Assembly (NCBI GenBank): GCA_043803745.1
Contig: JAZDJS010000032.1
Coordinates: forward strand, 1 to 10,114
Source of the DNA: an archaeon
GTDB lineage: Archaea; SpSt-1190; DYHY01
DNA: 10,114 nt
Direction of reading: 5' to 3'
In this document: piece after piece, positions 7,411 through 10,114 of the stretch
Position numbering within the stretch: position 1 is the first letter of the stretch
Layout of the letters: every line of letters begins with the position of its first letter
Made by a program: the position numbers and the translations under genes
Notes under the pieces: model-generated
Told to the model about the DNA's origin: nothing
The model's input: the letters and a program-made list of their open reading frames with translations, nothing else
Database searches by the model: none

Positions 7411-8215
7411 GTTTGAGCCCGAGCTTGCGCAGTTTTGCGAAAACCGGGCGGGAGTGCCAGAGGTGGAGGATTGCTAAAACCCTCGGTTCCCTTTTCTTCC
7501 TTTTCCGGGAATCGGGAAGGGGGAACATGGTCCGGGCGATTTTCCTCGCAATCTTGCTTTCCCTGAGGGTCTCGAAATATTTCAGGGCGGAAACGTATTT
7601 CGCCTCGCCAACCGGGTTGAAAAGGTTCGTGAAAAGGGCGTAGATTTCATAGAAGAATTTCTCCCAGTAAACCCCCGCAGTGCACATCCGGCAGCCGGCG
7701 GGATGGGTTCCCGGCCGGTCCCTGGATGGCGCATGCCCGACGACAAGCTCGAAAAAGTGGAAGGGCGCGTGTATGAACTCGAAAAAGCCCGTCAGCCCGG
7801 GGTCGGGAGTGTCAATTGCCCGCTCAGCCCGGTTAAGCGCGGCAAGCCTCCCCTTTTTGCTGTGGATCAGCGAGCCGGCGAGGATTTCCCTTGCGGAGGA
7901 GAACCTGATGTCAACCGCAACGACCCTCGCGCCAACGTGTTTCGCGGCAACCGCAATGTATTCGATTGCAGCCTTCGGATAGCTGAGGAGGAGGGGGCGC
8001 TTCCCGAAAAGAACCTTCCTGTCAACCTTCCCCCCGCCAAGAAGCTTGATTAGCCTGCCTTCGGATATCCTGCCGGCGAGGAATCCGTCGAAAACCGGCT
8101 GGAAATCCTCCGGAACCTCCACGGTCACGACGTCAGGCCTTTCCTCGATTATTTTCCTTGCGGCGGAAACGCAGTGCGGGGTGTCATATGCAAAAAGCGG
8201 GACTAATTTCAGCAT
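7400..8215 (-). CDS. Divergent TraB/GumN/TIKI-superfamily-like protein, 271 aa
   Basis: Ordered motifs YDTPH, IIEERPDVVTVEVP, AAKHVGARVVAVD, RESKIARKI and RVLAILHLWH resemble TraB-family GTxH, PDxVxVEL, AxxxGxxVxxID, R(D/N)xxMA and VVGAGH. ATG 8215 chosen from TATA spacing and to avoid overlapping rfcL. The 3' end overlaps the surface-protein gene by 11 nt. Confidence 0.65.
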   Translation of the reverse strand: MLKLVPLFAYDTPHCVSAARKIIEERPDVVTVEVPEDFQPVFDGFLAGRISEGRLIKLLGGGKVDRKVLFGKRPLLLSYPKAAIEYIAVAAKHVGARVVAVDIRFSSAREILAGSLIHSKKGRLAALNRAERAIDTPDPGLTGFFEFIHAPFHFFELVVGHAPSRDRPGTHPAGCRMCTAGVYWEKFFYEIYALFTNLFNPVGEAKYVSALKYFETLRESKIARKIARTMFPLPDSRKRKKREPRVLAILHLWHSRPVFAKLRKLGLKPTY

Positions 8216-8238
8216 TTTTCGGAGGAAGCACAACGGAA

Positions 8239-8246
8239 ATTTAAAT
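8239..8246. promoter_or_regulatory. Palindromic TATA box ATTTAAAT, putative bidirectional promoter for the TraB-like gene and rfcL
   Basis: Exactly 23 nt to the minus-strand ATG (8215) and 23 nt to the plus-strand ATG (8270). Purine-rich BRE-like sequence lies upstream on both strands (CGGAA on +, GGGGAAG on -). Confidence 0.75.
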
Positions 8247-8269
8247 ACTTCCCCTTGGGTAAATGGGTA

Positions 8270-9703
8270 ATGTGGGTTAACTCGCACGCCCCAGAGCGGC
8301 TCTCAGACCTTGTCGGAAACTCTGGAACGGTTTCACGCATCTCAAGCTGGCTTTCAAAATGGAAACCTGGCGGGAAGGCGGCCCTCCTTTACGGGCTTAC
8401 CGGAAGCGGCAAGACGACAGCCGCATATCTGCTTGCCGCCGAGAACGAGTTTTCAGTTGTCGAGATGAACGCAAGCGACCTGAGGAACCGAAAGGAAGTT
8501 GAGCGCGTTCTCGGGGGAGCCGGAAGGCAGAGGAACCTCTTCGACGGGGGGAAACTCCTGCTTGTTGACGAGGTCGATGGAATGGGGGGACGCGGCAAAG
8601 GGGGGGATTACGGAGGCGTTGGCGCGGTTGTGGAAGTAATCAAGACGAGCCAATATCCGGTGATCCTCACTGCGAACCGAGTCGTGATTTCCGGCGAGTC
8701 GGGGCAGTTCAATCCGGCGAAATGGGAAGGGAGATTTTCCGGAAAGAAGGAGAACAAATTTCAGATATTCTCCTTCCTGAAGGAGGTTTACCAGAGGGAA
8801 ACGGGCGAGAAGCCGAACGAGAAAATGCTGTGGGCGATAACCTATTCCAGCTTTTCCCGGGTCCAAAAAGAGGGGATTTCTTCCGCACTCAAGGCTCTGC
8901 CGATTGGCAAGGGCGCGAACTGGTGGGAGTGGAATCCGAAGCTCTCCCCGCTCAGGAACTATTGCGAGCTTTTCGAGTTCCGGGCTCCCGAGCTTTCCGA
9001 GGTTGCCGGGCTTGTCGAGAAAATCGCAAAGTCCGAAAGGGTTTCCCTTGGACCCGGCGTTGCCGAGGAAATTGCCGGGCGGACTGGCTGCGACGTAAGG
9101 TCCGCGATAACCGCCCTTGAAACTGTTTCCCGCGGGAGGGCCCGGATCGGGATTGCGGAGCTTGACGGCTTTCTTGATGCAAGGGACAGGAGAAGCTCGG
9201 TTGAGGAAGCCGTGAGAATCATCCTTGCAACCTCCGACCCTGGAACCGCGCGGCACGCTTTCAGGTCGGTCGACGGAACCACGCCGGAGGAATTCTCGGA
9301 ATATGTCCGGGAGAACGTTGCAGTGAAATACTCCGGAGCTTCCCTCGGCAGGGCATATTCCGCGCTTTCGGACGCCGACAGGGTTGCCGGAAGGATAGTC
9401 AGGACGGGAAGCCAGTCCCTCCTTCCATACCGAATCGATTTTCTGACCGGGGGCGTTGCGGCTTCAAAGCCGGGAAAATGCCCCGTGGCCGGCAAGATAA
9501 TCTCGCCTCTTTCGAGATACTCGGCAGCTTCGGTAAAGGCAAGGCGCATGAGAAGGCAGATTGCCGGAAAGATAAAGAAGGCTTTCCCGCTTGCGAAAGC
9601 GAGAAGCGCCCTGCGGCTTGTTGCGATTGACAGGCGGCTCTGGGAAAGCGTAGGGCTTGATAAGGATGAGGAGGACTTCCTTAAGAAATGGATGAAAAAA
9701 TAG
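8270..9703 (+). CDS. rfcL: Replication factor C large subunit, 477 aa, with an 81-aa insertion
   Basis: Walker A GLTGSGKT, VEMNASDLRN, Walker B LLLVDEVDG, PVILTAN, PKLSPLRNYC, DVRSAI, RDR, YVRENV, ALSDAD and terminal LDKDEEDFL are typical of archaeal RFC-L. ATG at 8270. Confidence 0.92.
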   Translation: MWVNSHAPERLSDLVGNSGTVSRISSWLSKWKPGGKAALLYGLTGSGKTTAAYLLAAENEFSVVEMNASDLRNRKEVERVLGGAGRQRNLFDGGKLLLVDEVDGMGGRGKGGDYGGVGAVVEVIKTSQYPVILTANRVVISGESGQFNPAKWEGRFSGKKENKFQIFSFLKEVYQRETGEKPNEKMLWAITYSSFSRVQKEGISSALKALPIGKGANWWEWNPKLSPLRNYCELFEFRAPELSEVAGLVEKIAKSERVSLGPGVAEEIAGRTGCDVRSAITALETVSRGRARIGIAELDGFLDARDRRSSVEEAVRIILATSDPGTARHAFRSVDGTTPEEFSEYVRENVAVKYSGASLGRAYSALSDADRVAGRIVRTGSQSLLPYRIDFLTGGVAASKPGKCPVAGKIISPLSRYSAASVKARRMRRQIAGKIKKAFPLAKARSALRLVAIDRRLWESVGLDKDEEDFLKKWMKK

Positions 9704-10114
9704 TTCTTGCCGAAGGCGTTTATGCCCGGATTCCCGAGACCGGGGACGAGTCCAAAACCATGGAGTTCTTCAACGCCCTTGTTGACGAGGACATGATGCT
9801 CGCCAACAACCAGAAGAAAACCATTGACGAGGAAGCCCGCTGGCTTTTCGACAAGCTCATTCAGCTTTCAGAGGGAACCGCCGTCTTTTATTTCGCGATT
9901 GAGGAGGCGACGGGGCGGATCGTCGGAGGCGCCGAGGCGCATCTCGGGAAGATGCGGGAATCCCACGTTGCGACAATCGGGATTTCAGTTTCCGAGGATT
10001 TCCGGAGAAAGGGCATTGGGAAAAGGCTGCTCGAGCTCGTGCTTTCCAAGGCCAAGACGGCTCTCGGAGCAAGAATCGCGACGCTCAAGGTTTTCTCAAC
10101 AAACGGGCCGGCAA
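9688..10114 (+). CDS. GNAT-family N-acetyltransferase, 3'-partial (not in the ORF track)
   Basis: Manual translation: MDEKIVLAEGVYARIPETGDESKTMEFFNALVDED...TIDEEARWL...GRIVGGAE...ESHVATIGISVSEDFRRKGIGKRLL...ATLKVFSTNGPA. Acetyl-CoA motif A (RRKGIG) and the LxVxxxNxxA motif are present. Open to the window end, overlaps the rfcL end by 16 nt, with GAGGAGG at 9668-9674 upstream. Confidence 0.9.
   Translation, partial: MDEKIVLAEGVYARIPETGDESKTMEFFNALVDEDMMLANNQKKTIDEEARWLFDKLIQLSEGTAVFYFAIEEATGRIVGGAEAHLGKMRESHVATIGISVSEDFRRKGIGKRLLELVLSKAKTALGARIATLKVFSTNGPA

Noticed and set aside
4780-8215. Cargo between rfcS and rfcL as a mobile element or conjugation locus because of the TraB name
   Set aside because: No integrase, transposase, terminal repeats or obvious compositional shift. 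TraB/GumN-like proteins are common chromosomal genes and not conjugation machinery.
8216-8287. Extended starts for the TraB-like ORF (8287) and rfcL (8255)
   Set aside because: They would overlap head-to-head, and the TraB-like extension would run through the TATA box. ATG 8215 and ATG 8270 fit motif starts and promoter spacing.
8678-8920. RFC-L insertion as an intein or a bulge-helix-bulge intron
   Set aside because: No intein terminal residues (starts with Arg, and the final Asn is followed by Trp) and it is too short for a typical mini-intein. I could not build a convincing BHB at the junctions by eye. The frame is open and the composition resembles the host gene.
9857-10088. Minus-strand ORFs 9857-10072 and 9888-10088
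   Set aside because: Antisense to the clear GNAT reading frame on the plus strand.
1-10114. tRNA, rRNA, CRISPR array or structured ncRNA
   Set aside because: All intergenic gaps are under about 55 nt and are explained by promoters. No repeat-spacer pattern or cloverleaf was seen.

Overview
Gene-dense archaeal chromosomal window with no RNA gene, CRISPR array or mobile element. The archaeal assignment rests on an archaeal-type AspRS, RFC small and large subunits, and TATA/BRE promoters; a DPANN-like lineage is plausible but cannot be shown here. The minus-strand block (right to left) holds a small EMC6-like membrane protein, aspS, a CPA2 cation/H+ antiporter, a DUF4346 protein and a CBS-pair protein. 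Then come rfcS (+), a ~876-aa membrane-anchored Ig-like surface protein (+), a convergent divergent-sequence TraB/TIKI-like protein (-), rfcL (+), and a GNAT acetyltransferase (+) that runs off the window and is missing from the ORF track. Most notable: (1) RFC-L carries an in-frame 81-aa non-intein insertion after sensor 1, bounded by a GCGAAC direct repeat, and has no C-terminal PIP box. (2) Both rfc genes sit at head-to-head junctions where one palindromic TATA box is exactly equidistant from the two start codons, suggesting bidirectional leaderless promoters. (3) AspRS has a mixed discriminating/non-discriminating signature. All family calls come from motif recognition by eye, not database searches.
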